The notes under the pieces are model-generated. The model had not been told where the DNA came from and made no database searches. It was given only the letters and a program-made list of their open reading frames with translations. A stretch of 63,636 nt of DNA, counting the filler, from Octopus bimaculoides (lineage: Eukaryota), in NCBI RefSeq assembly GCF_001194135.2. It is 6 parts of 6 records of this genome, joined end to end, with 100 filler letters (N's around TTAATTAATTAA, not from the genome) between each part and the next. Parts side by side here need not be neighbours in the genome. Positions count along the whole stretch, not along the records: positions 29,531 to 52,773 come from NC_068985.1; 5 more parts are not named here. One strand, written 5' to 3'. Positions 39,844 to 52,873 of the stretch are shown in pieces. The translations under genes and the position numbers were made by a program. Position 1 is the first letter of the stretch. Each line of letters starts with the position of its first letter.

Positions 39844-42288
39844 CCCTCAGATGGTGCGGTGGGGTATCTCATACCCCAGGTGATGTTTGTACATATGTAT
39901 CTTACATCTGGCAGCGTTGATGGTGCTTTCCATCCATGTAAATTCTTGGAACACTCCACTGAGTTAATGAACAACTCTACTCAATGACTTCCTGAGTGAT
40001 GACAAGTGCACACATACGTGTTATTTGTGTCTGGGGTTGTGCATACCCCACCATCACATTCACTGTACTATTTATCGACAGGTACATTTTTGCTTCCTTT
40101 TCTTAATTATTATTATTTAATTTTCTTATTTATTTCTCTATCTGAAAGGTTGATTATTTCTCGCATAAACTTATATACTATTGTCAACTGACCAACGTTT
40201 TTCTGTTTTGTTATTAAATGGTTTTAAATGCCATAAAAGTGAGAAGTCTTTCCTTTCAGGACTACGAAAAACAAAATGGAAAACTTAAGAGAGATGGTTG
40301 AGAGAGAATTAGACATAGAAGAATCAGGATCATTTCTTCATGAAGAACCAGACGAAGAGGAAGCTGAAGGGGAAGAAGAGAGTATAGCTGAGGAAAGAAC
40401 AACAGATGAGGTATAAATGATAGATGAAGTGGGAGGAACTGAAGCAGATGGCATGTTGCAGACTTCATCAGATGATCTTTTAGAAGTAACAAATGAAGTT
40501 AACGATGAAGGTGAACTGCAGGCTACCAGGACACAGAAAAATAGTTTATAGGCAAGAATAATAAATCTCTCTGGAAAGAAGTTCTCCCATGTCTTCCACG
40601 GCGTATACATGCACGCAACATACACCAGGATTCACCAGGGCCAAGAGGAGCAGCAAAACATGTGTATGCTGCAAAGAACTGCTGGTCTTTGTTTCACACA
40701 CAAGAACTTCTGAATGAATTAGTAGCTTGCACTCATATTTACATTGACAGTAAACAAGGAAAATGACAAGATATGTCAAATGTGACATATACTAACGAAA
40801 GAGAAGATGAAAGCTGCAGTATCACTGCTTTATCTGTTAGGAGGTTTTAGAACTGGTTGAATGAATATAGATGTTTTGGCAACCAATGGTACAGAAATTG
40901 AAATTGTTCCAGCAACTATGTCTTTGCAGCGATTTCGTTTCCTGCTGTGCTCTATGAGCTTTCATGACATCTACACCCGGGTTGAAAGGAGGCTAGAAGA
41001 TAAGTTTGCACCTTTTAGAAAGTTCTTTGAGAAATTTGTTAATAATTGTATCGCCAGTTATTATGTAGTTGAAATCTTGGCTGCTTTTAGAGGGAACTGT
41101 CCATTCAGGGTCTACGTCCCTAGTATACCACCAAAATATGGCATAAAGATATTTATTTTGGCAGATGCTAAAACTTTCTTACGTATGGAGGTGTACTTGG
41201 GGAAACAAACAGAAGGCCCTTCTATAATAGATAATTCAGGAGCATCAGTGGTAAAACGCTTGGCGTCACATATAAATGGGTCTGGAAGAAATATTACAAT
41301 GTATAATTGGTTTACAAGTTACAGACTCGCAGTTGATCTCTTGAAGAACAATAGAATAACATTAGTTGGCACTCTGAGAAAGAACAAGACAGAACATCCC
41401 CCTCAGTTTGTTGCCACAAGAGGCAGAACTGAATATACTAGCTCGTTTGGTTTCCAGAAGGACGTTACACTGACCTCATATGTTATAAAGAAAGGTAAAA
41501 ATGTTGTCCTACTGAGCACAATGCATCATGATGCTGCAATTGATGAAAGTACAAAAAAAGCAAGAAAACCAGAGATAACTACCTTCTACAATGATACTAA
41601 AGGAGGGATAGGCACTGCGGATCAGTTGCGTTCCATCTACAATTTTTCCAGAAATACTCAACATTAGCCAGTTACAGTTTTCTAAATCATACTCAATTTT
41701 GCAGGAATAAATGCATATAATATATTCACGGCTATCTCAAACAGCTATCAGGCGCTGAAAGTTTCTGAGGGAATTGGGACTCAAGTTGGTGGAGGATCAT
41801 ACCAATCATCGTAAGATACTCTTATTTGAGGAAAAACTTGAAAAGGAACTTCAACATTTCTCAGAATCTAACAAATTACCTCCAAAACGTCGTGAAGATT
41901 CCATACAAAGAAGCTCGTTGTGCTCCAGGTGAAAAGTTTGTGAGACAAGAAATTGCTGCCAGAAGTGCTATAAGTCCATCTGCTTGGAACATGCTATGCA
42001 CATTTGCATTGATTGATTTGCTCAGATTGATGAGGAATATTGTGCAAGCAATGAGTAAATAGTTAATATGAAAGGAGCACTCTCTCCACCAAAAAATAGT
42101 TTTAGTTTGACCTTCATTTTCAAAGAGTGCTAGGTTGTTTTTGCTTATATGTTAAATAAATGCATTGTATTAGAATATGTTTTTTGGTAATATGATTGTT
42201 TAAGAACACGTCTAAAATAACAAGTACTAAAACTAGCTAAAACTACCGCACTGATCATGAAAAATAAAGATCCGCACCACCGGAGGGT
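39844..42288 (+). mobile_element. Full-length piggyBac DNA transposon (non-functional)
   Basis: TTAA TSDs at 39840-39843 and 42289-42292. TIRs CCCTCAGATGGTGCGG / CCCTCCGGTGGTGCGG (14/16). 19-bp subterminal palindrome at 39860-39878. Confidence 0.95.
40276..42060 (+). pseudogene. piggyBac transposase pseudogene
   Basis: Acidic N-terminus with stops. Open core 40861-41667 (MSLQRFRFLL, FRGNCPFRVYVPSIPPKYGIK, NWFTS, LVGTLRKNK, LLSTMH, YNDTKGG). Frameshifted Cys-rich tail CCQKCYKSICLEHAMHIC. Confidence 0.9.
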
Positions 42289-44170
42289 TAAGAAAATTGT
42301 TCTTACCCATCGTACAAGGACAGACATCAGAACCCTTGTATTTGTCATAAGTGTGTAACACACCGTGATCAATTTGCTTATATTTCATCAGCAATCAAGT
42401 GAAGAAACATATATTAATTGTGCGAAATACTTCAACTGTATTCAGAAGAAGGAATACAACGCAACGTTTTTGATATCAATAAATATTTATAAACCACAAT
42501 GAAATTCCGTCCCTGCTAAATCGTAACATTTTATACGAGATATATATATATAAAGCAGACAACTAATATATTTCGATGTTCAATAGCCAACAAATATACT
42601 ATTGAGTGTACAGGCTCAACGAGTATATTAATAAAAGTTAAGGATAGTCTGGCCTCAGTCGCAACGTAATTCATTGGAAAACTTAAATCGTTATGTTGTT
42701 GTTATTTTTGTTGATTCGCGGTGATGATGCTTTTACTTTTGTGATAATTTAGTCTTAGATCAACCATCGTACTCAAGCCTATAATCAAACGCGTAGTCAT
42801 ATTTTTCAGGTGATGTATTTATAGAAGACCTTTCAAGTTTTATGATTAAACGATGTGATTTTGAGGGAGTTATTCTGTAATGTGTAATAGCACAAACGAC
42901 TGTGAATAGCTCACAACTCCATCGAAAAAATGTTCTACATCTTTGTCACTGATAAGTCTAAATTATTTACTAGATATTGACGTTAATTTGAATTACCATA
43001 CGGAACTTCTTTTATATTATAATAGAATATTGATTGAATAAACATGATATTAATTTAGAAAAAAAAAAGACAAAGAAAAGGAACAAGAAATATCATCTCC
43101 TACATTAAATTTAATTATGGAAAATTTAGAGACTCCTCCAAAGTGCTATATTAGTTTTACTATATAACCTTCTTCAAAACAAAAAGGTTTCTTCTGCAAA
43201 ATTCTATAAAACCTCCTGGTAATAATGCAACATTACGCGACAACGCTAACGAAGTGCTTGCAACTGATTAGAGCCTTGGGGGAGTTATTCATCCCTCACA
43301 TGATAAAAAATAATTAAATTTGATTAGACTGTAAAATATTTATATTAGCGAATTTTACATGGGAGAGTTAGGATTGGTAATAATTCACTTTAGTTTCAAT
43401 TCTTGACGGAAGATTTATCTTCTGGATTTCTATGAAGTATAGAGGGGAGAGTGGTAAACTCCAGAGTAGACTTGTGTAAAATACAAACGGTTTCTATCAG
43501 TTTACTAGTTCTAAGAACGATGTTTACCTTACAATTTTATAACTTATAAGAGATCAAGTAAGAAATTGTAAAATGTGCGAAGGGAGAAGCTTGAAGAGGA
43601 TTGCTCGACCAACTTAATGTAGCTGTCAGGACCTCCTCCGATGCCAAATACATTTATAAAGAGAACAGAGTTATTGTTCAGGAAGAAATTATAAAGTGTT
43701 ACAGTTCGTGACGAAAAATTTAGTGTAGATTTTGAGAGGTGATATACAGAGAGTGATACGTAAAAAAGATATCTTTCAGTGTTAAGACATCAGAATCTGA
43801 TTTCTGAAAATATTAGTTGCTAATTCAAGTAAGTTGAACAATCTTGTACATGATCTTTTGCTGTCTTGCGGTAGTGTTGAAATGCAATTTCGAAAGTTTA
43901 AAAACTTTTAACTTAGAAGTGCAGCATCTTCAAAACATTAAGTAAAACTAAACATCATAATTTCAAGAAATATATATAATATTGCCAAATTCTGTGATGT
44001 AAATTTGCGTCAATGGTATTTTCATACCACACGACAATACTTAATATGTCGTACATATTCAACCAATAATTTGGTTCTGTGGAGCAAAGTTTTCTTTATA
44101 TTTAATTCAAATCTAATATTAATGCACACTCAGTTTCTCTCTCTCACCTCCGCTCTCTCGTCACTTTCTC

Positions 44171-44201
<31 letters not shown>

Positions 44202-44918
44202 TTCTGGCACATCCACCACACGTGTACACATACAGACACATGCGTACACACACACTGATTCACATACACGTGCGACAAACTTCTATGCACAAACACGCAA
44301 ACATACATAAAGCGACGCAAAGATTTAAGGAATGACAAAAATTTGATTTATATCGACCTGCCAGACTACGGAGCGTCGACGGAAAATCGATTTAGATGCT
44401 GTCTAAAGAAGTCTGGTCTCTATGTCAAAATAGCAAATCGTGGTTATAGTTTTAAGACAATGTCTGTGCTTTGGTCGTCACAACGGCACACAGGAGATCT
44501 ACTATTTTAACTACAATCCATTGTGTGCAATCAGAGAACAAATCACAATGCCATTTATTAACTGTAAAACAGAAATGCATATATCAGATCGTCAAATAGG
44601 AAGTTACATGTAAGTTTAGACAATTTTACAAACCAACAACTTCCAGGGAATTATCCTAGCATGTTGATGTGCCAAAAAATACAGACACGTATAAGACAGA
44701 AAGATGCTGAAACCTTCAAGTTGTGAAGACACACTTCATCAAAAATGAGAAAGTTACTCTTAGCAGCAGAGGAGTGCTTCCACTTGGTTTCTTGTGTACA
44801 AATTCCAATTTACTGGATTCCTCCCCTTTCTCAAGTTTTACTGATATTGCATAGTTTTATGATATTATTATGCTACATTTAGCACGTGAGTCTAAAACGT
44901 ACAACGCTGACACGCACG

Positions 44919-44968
<50 letters not shown>

Positions 44969-45194
44969 CACACACACACATACACACACACACAAACACA
45001 CACATATGGTGAGGTGCAATATACATAAAAATGGTTTGTATGTGCATTTGATTGATAATTATAATTCACATGTGGTATACCTGACGAAAAAGAAAATATC
45101 AGATATGAATGGAAATAACAAAATATGAAATGAATAACAAAGAAAATTCAATTCATGAGAAACATAGCTGGCCTGTTATACCAGGTAACAATGA

Positions 45195-45575
45195 TAGTAA
45201 TAACCCTTTGTACTATAGGCACAAGGCTTGGTAATTTCGGTTTACATCGACCCCATTTCTCAACTGGCACATATTTTGTCGACTCGGAAGTGATGAAGGC
45301 CACAGTCAATCTCAGGGGAATTTCAACTCAGAACACATCGACGGAGGGAATAACGGTAAGCAATTTTGCTCGATTGTTTTCGGATTTTGGCACAAGGAAA
45401 TGGGGGATAGGTTGATTACATTGACCCCTGTGCTCAACTGGTACATATTCTATCAACCTCGAAAGGATGAAAGCAAAGTCATCCTTCGCAGAATTTGAAC
45501 TTAGAACATAATGACAGACGAAATGCCGCTAAGCATTTGCCCGGCACGCTAACGAATCTGCCAGCTTGCCACCTT
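45195..45575 (-). mobile_element. Two SINE family B copies
   Basis: CTATAGGCACAAGGC tail complement and GCTAACGAATCTGCCAGCTTGCCACC head complement. Confidence 0.75.
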
Positions 45576-45649
45576 GACAATTACAGTAACAATAACAATT
45601 TACATTTAGAAAAATGTATAGAATGAATGTCTTTACTATCAATATTTTA

Positions 45650-45827
45650 CGAGGTCTGATCAATAAGTATCCGGACTACACACGCTACACACCTTCCCTT
45701 CAAGCACTACTGTAAACAGCGGAATTAAGCTAGAACATTGAAACCTAGTGCCCATGGACAGCAGAGTTCTGCGTGCTCCAGCCTTGTTACTATGACAACA
45801 GTCCGGATACTTATTGATCAAACCATG
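45650..45827. mobile_element. Mariner-type MITE (178 bp)
   Basis: 28-bp TIRs CGAGGTCTGATCAATAAGTATCCGGACT / CATGGTTTGATCAATAAGTATCCGGACT, with TA TSDs at 45648-45649 and 45828-45829. Confidence 0.9.
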
Positions 45828-45879
45828 TACTTTAACCCTCATTGGAACCAACCAGCAATTAATTATGATAATGATTTTA

Positions 45880-46020
45880 TTCAACATATTCTCGTCTCAG
45901 ATTAACTCACTTATTGCAGCGGTCCTTCAGTTTTAGTAAGACCTGTAAAAGAACTTGGAAGGTTGGGCCTCCAACCAGGCCTTTCACAATATCTTGGAGT
46001 TCCTGTTCTAAACGACCAGT
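45880..46020 (-). mobile_element. Mariner transposase C-terminal fragment
   Basis: AWLEAQPSKFFY...KLKDRCNK*VNLRREYVE*, consensus WLxxQPxxFFxxGIxKLxxRWxKCVxxxGxYVE. Confidence 0.75.
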
Positions 46021-46059
46021 CCTAAAGCTTTTCTCATGCACCCTGTTGTGGGTACAATT

Positions 46060-46210
46060 CGACGAGAGGTCACGGTACCGGTCATACCGACATCTGGTTA
46101 GAATGGTACAAGAAAAAAAAAATCACAAAACGGATTCTTCAAGCCGAGTCAATTCTAGGAAATATCGGGGAAAACCAAGACCGAATTGGTTGGATAATAT
46201 CCATGTTCTT
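46060..46210 (+). mobile_element. RTE-clade LINE C-terminal fragment
   Basis: RSYRHLVRM...KYRGKPRPNWLDNI, consensus WFGHVxRM...RGRPxxxWxDNI. Confidence 0.6.
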
Positions 46211-46399
46211 AGTTGGTGGCACTTTTGAATCTGACTGGAAAATATAATGGCAGTTGCTTCTAATAGGCCCCTATAATCGATAATTCTAAGGATTCTACTC
46301 CCACAACCCACCCCAAAATAGAAACAGAGGACAGAGAAAATGGTTATGTAATTATGCATATATTCGTGTATTTATGTATATATATATATATGCTATGTA

Positions 46400-47200
46400 T
46401 ATTTACATTGTGGAGATATAGAAAGGTCCTTACTTGAACGCATCATTGACCAAAGTCTGTTGAACTGATGCCGATATTGCGCTTGGAAGGTGACCGCGAG
46501 CCAGCGTTCAACGTCGTCTCGGGATACTTTTAAAGAACTATCAATTTTCCTTTTGCCAAATGTCATAGTATAGAACAACGTACAATAGTGAGACTCACTT
46601 TTCTCTCTGTTATCAGTTTTAGAGACAACGTATCAATGCTCTTCCGCACCTAATAGAGGAAAACTCGTTTCCGTATCTCATTCTTTTGGGATAACAGAAA
46701 GAGGGTATCTTCAGCTTCGGTAGTGCATGGTAGGTTCATACATACAACAGTAACAAATCCATTAACCTATTCTAGCATCGTGATGTGTTGAAGATATTGG
46801 ATATATACAGCAAGCCACTGAAAATGTTTATTGGTGTATATTGTTTTGAATAAAGACTTTTGATAACATGGCATCACAGGTTAGCGATGTACATTGATAA
46901 CGTACATCACTAGCTTCATCACCAATTATCATATATCATTTTGGTGGATTACTTTACTTCTGTTTATACGATTTTGATTAAAACAATAATCATGCAGATT
47001 ATTTCTGTTATGTTACGCAATATGAGCTTCATTGTTGTGTTTCCCAATGTGAGAACGAAAAGTATAGATGGTTCTAACAAAACAAGAGCTTTAAACCGAT
47101 TGCATAACTGAAAATACATGGCTCTATCTTCATACTGGCTTCTATGTAAATTTAGACGAATTGGATTTAGCCTTTTGCTGGAACCCAATTTTTGCGAAAC
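46400..47200 (-). mobile_element. Decayed RTE-like LINE (EN-RT linker and RT start)
   Basis: YFQLCNRFKAL (FxxELxNRFxAL), then TEAEDTLFLLSQ...RKSIDTL and ...DLSISP in RT order; many stops. Confidence 0.45.
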
Positions 47201-47689
47201 ATGTATTAATCTTAAATTTTCATTGAAACAGTTTCCAACATCCTTACAAATATGTTCTTGCTACCACTGTGAAAAATCAATATTTATTAGAATAACATCT
47301 CTCAATAAAATTCGTAATCCTTGGAGTTATGCAGTTTAGATTCCCACTGGTATTTGACCGGTGAAATATCTGTTTCAGCTAATTCATTCAATTTCTCTTT
47401 AATTGCTGCAATTTAACTTTCTTCATGATAATGCTGATAGAGTTGTTGTTCTGGTTGTTATGTAACGGAGACGGTAATTGGGGTTGATGTTGATATCATT
47501 GAAGTTATCGTTCCTGTTGTTCCTATTATTCTTGTATCATTTGCGTGCTGAGAGGTAACAGTATTCTCACAAAGGAATGTTCATATTCTTTCAATATTAC
47601 TGTTGTGGTTCATTCGTTTATCTCTTCTTACCATCTTCATAGACAGCTACAAATATTTTGTTTATATATATATATATACATACATTCAA

Positions 47690-48145
47690 GAGTGGCTGTG
47701 TGGTAAGGAGCTTGCTCACCAACAACATGGTTCCAGGCTGGGTCCCACTGTGTGGCACCTTGAAAAGATGTTAGCATCGGGAAGACTAAAGCCTTATGAG
47801 TGGATTTGGTAGTCGAAAACTGAAAGAAGCCCGTCCTATATGTGTATGTGTGTGTGGGTGTGTGTCTGTGTGACTGTGTGTGTGTGTATGTGTGCGGGTG
47901 TGCGGGTGTGTGCGTGTGTGTGCGTGTGTGTGCGTGTGTCTGTGTTAGACACCCATCATCGTTTGACAACTGATGTTGGTGTGCTTACGTCCCCGTAACC
48001 TAGCAGTTCGGCAAAAGAAACCGATAAAATAAGTACTAGGCTTACAAAGAATAAGTCCTGGGGCCGATTTGCTCGACTAAACGCAGTGCTCCAGCATAGC
48101 CGCAGTCAAATGACTGAAACAAATAAAAGAATAAAAGAATAAGAG
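47690..48145 (+). mobile_element. Near-complete SINE family A
   Basis: GAGTGGCTGTGTGGTAAG head, internal (GT)n, GGTTCGGCAAAAGA-like body and (AATAAAAG)n tail. Confidence 0.85.
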
Positions 48146-48469
48146 AACATGTATATATNNNNNNNNNNNNNNNNNNNNNNNNNNNNNNNNNNNNNNNNNN
48201 NNNNNNNNNNNNNNNNNNNNNNNNNNNNNNNNNNNNNNNNNNNNNNNNNNNNNNNNNNNNNNNNNNNNNNNNNNNNNNNNNNNNNNNNNNNNNNNNNNNN
48301 NNNNNNNNNNNNNNNNNNNNNNNNNNNNNNNNNNNNNNNTATATATATATATATGCATGTACGTGTTTGAGTGTATTTGTTTATATACACATACAGACAC
48401 GCGCACACACAAACACATGTGCGCGTGCACACTGACACATACACACACACATATGCAAACATATTGTCT

Positions 48470-48865
48470 TTTATCTTATGCTTGTTCCAATTATTAGACT
48501 GTGGTCATGCTGGAGTACCTCCAGAAGAATTTAGTCACACAAATCGACTCCAGTACTTATTTTTAAGCTAGGCACTTTTTCTATCTGTATCTTTTGCCGA
48601 GAGGTTAAATTACGAGGACGTATGCACATAAAGACAGGTTGTCAAGTGGTTGTTGTGGTGGACAATCATAAACACGCAAGTATATGACAGGCTTCTCTCA
48701 GTTTTCATGTACCCAATCCACATACAGTCTTTAGCCAACTCGATGCTATAGTAGAAACATGTGACCAAGGTGACATGTGACCAAGGTGCCCAACATGGTT
48801 CCGGGATTGAACGCGGAACCATGTTGTTGGGAAGTGAACCTCTTATCACACAGTCATGCTTGCGC
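48470..48865 (-). mobile_element. SINE family A (degraded)
   Basis: Reverse complement of head (GCAAGCATGACTGTGTGATAAG...GGTTCCGCGTTCAATCCCGG) and of the 3' TGACCACAGTC...AAGATAAAAG end. Confidence 0.75.
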
Positions 48866-49884
48866 ATATATATAAATATGTGTGTGTGTGTGTATATGTG
48901 TGTCTATGTGTGTTTGTGTGTATGTAGATGCATGTGGGTATGAAAACATATGCATATGCATGTGTGTGAGTAAGTGTGTATGTGTCTTTGTGTGTTTGTG
49001 CTTAAATATATATGTGAGGAACAGTATAACGTCCCTCAACAAAGATTGAAAGGTAAGAGAAAACTAAGACTGATGATAAATTATGTGTAGATTTATACAC
49101 AAAATCTGAGCGAAAGAATATTACTTTTTATCGATAATAGCACTAGTAAATACCATCCGAATGTTATTTAACAAAGACACAATACAAACATACACGAGTA
49201 GACACAGCTATCACGACTGAAAATAAGGATAGAAATTTCATAAGCTACTGATTTCGATTTCGTACAGATATGATTTTCGCTTCAAATAGATTAGCTTTAG
49301 AAATACAATATTAGAAAAACAAAACAGATGGGAGCATCATGTGACGCATGAGGTTTCATATCTGAATCTATGTCAAAGATATGAGAAAGAAATAAAGTAA
49401 CTATCATATATGATTGCATAAAAGACACATCGTCATATTCGATGTACAACTATTTTCAGCAGTGCATATTCAGGACAATAATTTTAGTGCGTTAAAGCAC
49501 GTAATATCAGCACAGCATCGCATATAGGGCGCAGGGTAAGTGCTTTATAATTTGTTTTGGAAAAAAGTGCTTCTCATTTGCCATTAAGTCTGATGACATA
49601 CTTTGTGAGATCCCAAATAGGATAACTTTCTTTGTGTGATCCTAAAGCAATTATATGTAGCTCATTCGATACGAAATTGAGAGCTACAATATCAGAGAGC
49701 TTACAAATAAGGGCTGCAATAAGGGTGGAACACTTGCAGAAAACAGCACTGCTTAGAACCGCTCGAATACTCCGGATGGTGCTCGAAAAAGAAGGGGTGT
49801 TACCTTAGTTCACTGGTAGGGAACAGCTGGCACCGTAGTAAATCTCTAGCATTAGAAGCTGTGCAAAGACAATAAATAATAATG

Positions 49885-49952
<68 letters not shown>

Positions 49953-49956
<4 letters not shown>

Positions 49957-51057
49957 GGCATGGAAAACCTCTCAATGGCAAATACCCAAAGAGAGCGAAT
50001 AATGCAGATATTGACAAAGCCCTTACCCACCAATGGTTAATGGCCTCTGGATTGAAATCAGAAACAGAGGGGTTTATCATAGCAGCCCAAGATCAATGCC
50101 TACCTACAAAGAACTACCAGGCCAACATATTANNNNNNNNNNNNNNNNNNNNNNNNNNNNNNNNNNNNNNNNNNNNNNNNNNNNNNNNNNNNNNNNNNNN
50201 NNNNNNNNNNNNNNNNNNNNNNNNNNNNNNNNNNNNNNNNNNNNNNNNNNNNNNNNNNNNNNNNNNNNNNNNNNNNNNNNNNNNNNNNNNNNNNNNNNNN
50301 NNNNNNNNNNNNNNNNNNNNNNNNNNNNNNNNNNNNNNNNNNNNNNNNNNNNNNNNNNNNNNNNNNNNNNNNNNNNNNNNNNNNNNNNNNNNNNNNNNNN
50401 NNNNNNNNNNNNNNNNNNNNNNNNNNNNNNNNNNNNNNNNNNNNNNNNNNNNNNNNNNNNNNNNNNNNNNNNNNNNNNNNNNNNNNNNNNNNNNNNNNNN
50501 NNNNNNNNNNNNNNNNNNNNNNNNNNNNNNNNNNNNNNNNNNNNNNNNNNNNNNNNNNNNNNNNNNNNNNNNNNNNNNNNNNNNNNNNNNNNNNNNNNNN
50601 NNNNNNNNNNNNNNNNNNNNNNNNNNNNNNNNNNNNNNNNNNNNNNNNNNNNNNNNNNNNNNNNNNNNNNNNNNNNNNNNNNNNNNNNNNNNNNNNNNNN
50701 NNNNNNNNNNNNNNNNNNNNNNNNNNNNNNNNNNNNNNNNNNNNNNNNNNNNNNNNNNNNNNNNNNNNNNNNNNNNNNNNNNNNNNNNNNNNNNNNNNNN
50801 NNNNNNNNNNNNNNNNNNNNNNNNNNNNNNNNNNNNNNNNNNNNNNNNNNNNNNNNNNNNNNNNNNNNNNNNNNNNNNNNNNNNNNNNNNNNNNNNNNNN
50901 NNNNNNNNNNNNNNNNNNNNNNNNNNNNNNNNNNNNNNNNNNNNNNNNGGTACCCTAGGCATAACACCTACATGAACTTCTAACTTGTTGTCTCTTGAGG
51001 TCTCTGGGTGAGACTTGGATCCAACTTGTACAAATGCAAAACAAAAGTCAAACATAA
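49953..51057 (+). mobile_element. 5'-truncated R4/Dong-like LINE in (TAA)n (816-N gap inside)
   Basis: KWHGKPLNGKYPKRANNADIDKALTHQWLMASGLKSETEGFIIAAQDQCLPTKNYQANIL. The 3' UTR CCCTAGGCATAACACC...CAACTTGTACAAAT is shared with the 24.4-kb copy. (TAA)n on both sides. Confidence 0.9.
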
Positions 51058-51093
<36 letters not shown>

Positions 51094-51126
51094 CATTATT
51101 ATTATTAATGTTGTTGTTCTTGTTGC

Positions 51127-51162
<36 letters not shown>

Positions 51163-51176
51163 TTTTTTTTTTTGCA

Positions 51177-51627
51177 GGCGGCGAGCTGACAGAATCGTTA
51201 GCGCGCTGGACAGAAATTTTAGCCTTATTTCGCCCGTCGCTACGTTCTGAGTTAAAATTCAGCCGAGGTCGACTTTACCTTTCATCCTTTTGGGGTCGAT
51301 AAAATAAGTACCAATTAAACACTGGGGTTCATGTAATCGATTAGTCCCCTCCCCCAAAAAATTCAGGCCTTGTGCCTATAGTAGTAAGTATTATTGTGTT
51401 TATTACCCTTTTACCCATTACCCTATTATTAAAACGGCAGTGAGCTGGCAGAATAGTTAGCACGCTAGCATTTCGTCCATATTTATGTTCAGAGTTCAAA
51501 TTATTCTAAGGTTGACTTTGCCTTTCATCCCTTGAGGGTCAATAAAATGTGTACCCGTTGAACACCGGGGTCGATGTAATCGCCTAGTTCTCTTCCAAAA
51601 AATATGAGGCCTTGCACCTTTAGTACA

Positions 51628-51675
<48 letters not shown>

Positions 51676-51875
51676 GAAGGCGGCGAGCTAACGCAATCGT
51701 TAGTAAGCCGGGCAAAACGCTTAGAGGCAATTCTTCCGTCCTTACGTTCTGAATTCATATTCCGCCGAAGTCGATTGACTTTCATCACGTCAGTGTCGAT
51801 AAAATAAGTACCAGTTGAACACGGGTAGTTGTAATCAACTAGCCCCGCACCGCCAAATATTATGCCTTTTGCCAT
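51177..51875 (+). mobile_element. Three head-to-tail SINE family B copies separated by (ATT)n
   Basis: GGCGGCGAGCT-like heads at about 51177, 51437 and 51679. Confidence 0.85.
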
Positions 51876-52873
51876 AATGGAAAGAGTTGTGAATATATCA
51901 TATCATATTGTATTATATTATATTATATTATATTATATAACAAAGGCACCGTGCTCCAGAGACGGCGGACAGAAATATATAAACAGCCAGACATCATAAA
52001 CTGAAAAAGAACATCTCTTTCACAAACTAAGCATTAAGACAGTTTTACTTCTAATTTACGTATAGCATTACAATCCTATGCCCCGTGTCATTTGATGTGG
52101 AATTATTCTTATCTCTAAGAATTATCTTGTATGAAGAACAGCGCCAGTGATATGCCTATGTATTTATAGCAGTTTTAGTTTTATATTTATTGTCATTCAA
52201 GAAAAATATCATTCATCAAAATTATTTAGAATCCCAAAGGCATTCCGTCATTGTCACAGCTCCCTGCACACTTCTGCTGTTTGTTGTTTACTGTCATTCT
52301 TGGTCTGCTTTGTCCAGAGCAGTTAGATGTGACAAGAGGAAAGAAATTGCCGTATCAAATTGCCACTATGGAACCGCATTTGAAGAGTATATCCGGTTAT
52401 CTGATAGGCCTTAACGGAAAGCAATTATTAATGTTGCCTTCAGCTGGAGTTACAGAGAACATGACAACTTTGTGTCCCACTAGCGTGCTACTGTGTTCAT
52501 TCGTAGTCGGTAACATTAAATAGATGCTGTTTAAGTATTTCCATGAATAGCGACATCATTTGGTAGACAGTCCGACGTATTAGTATACAGGATTAGGAAG
52601 ATCTATGTGCACTACATAGACAATGAAAGAGATGGCTGTCTGTCTATCTCACTGACATCTGTCTATACCTATATGTCTGTATGTATGTATGTATGTATGT
52701 GTTTGTGTGTATGTTTGTATGCATGTATGTATGTATGTATGTATGTATGTATGTATATATATATATATATATANNNNNNNNNNNNNNNNNNNNNNNNNNN
52801 NNNNNNNNNNNNNNNNNTTAATTAATTAANNNNNNNNNNNNNNNNNNNNNNNNNNNNNNNNNNNNNNNNNNNN

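Noticed and set aside
44535-44609. 75-nt phase-2 AG...GTAAGT candidate exon (EQITMPFINCKTEMHISDRQIGSY)
   Set aside because: It does not fit the LRR pattern or any motif I recognise, and the acceptor lacks a polypyrimidine tract.
46592-46650. Minus-strand strong donor (AAAA|GTGAGT) with a possible 51-nt exon
   Set aside because: It lies inside a decayed RTE-like RT sequence and is probably a chance site.
52190-52523. Two overlapping ORFs with hydrophobic N-termini and AG/GT pairs
   Set aside because: There is no recognisable domain and the frames conflict, so it cannot be distinguished from random sequence.
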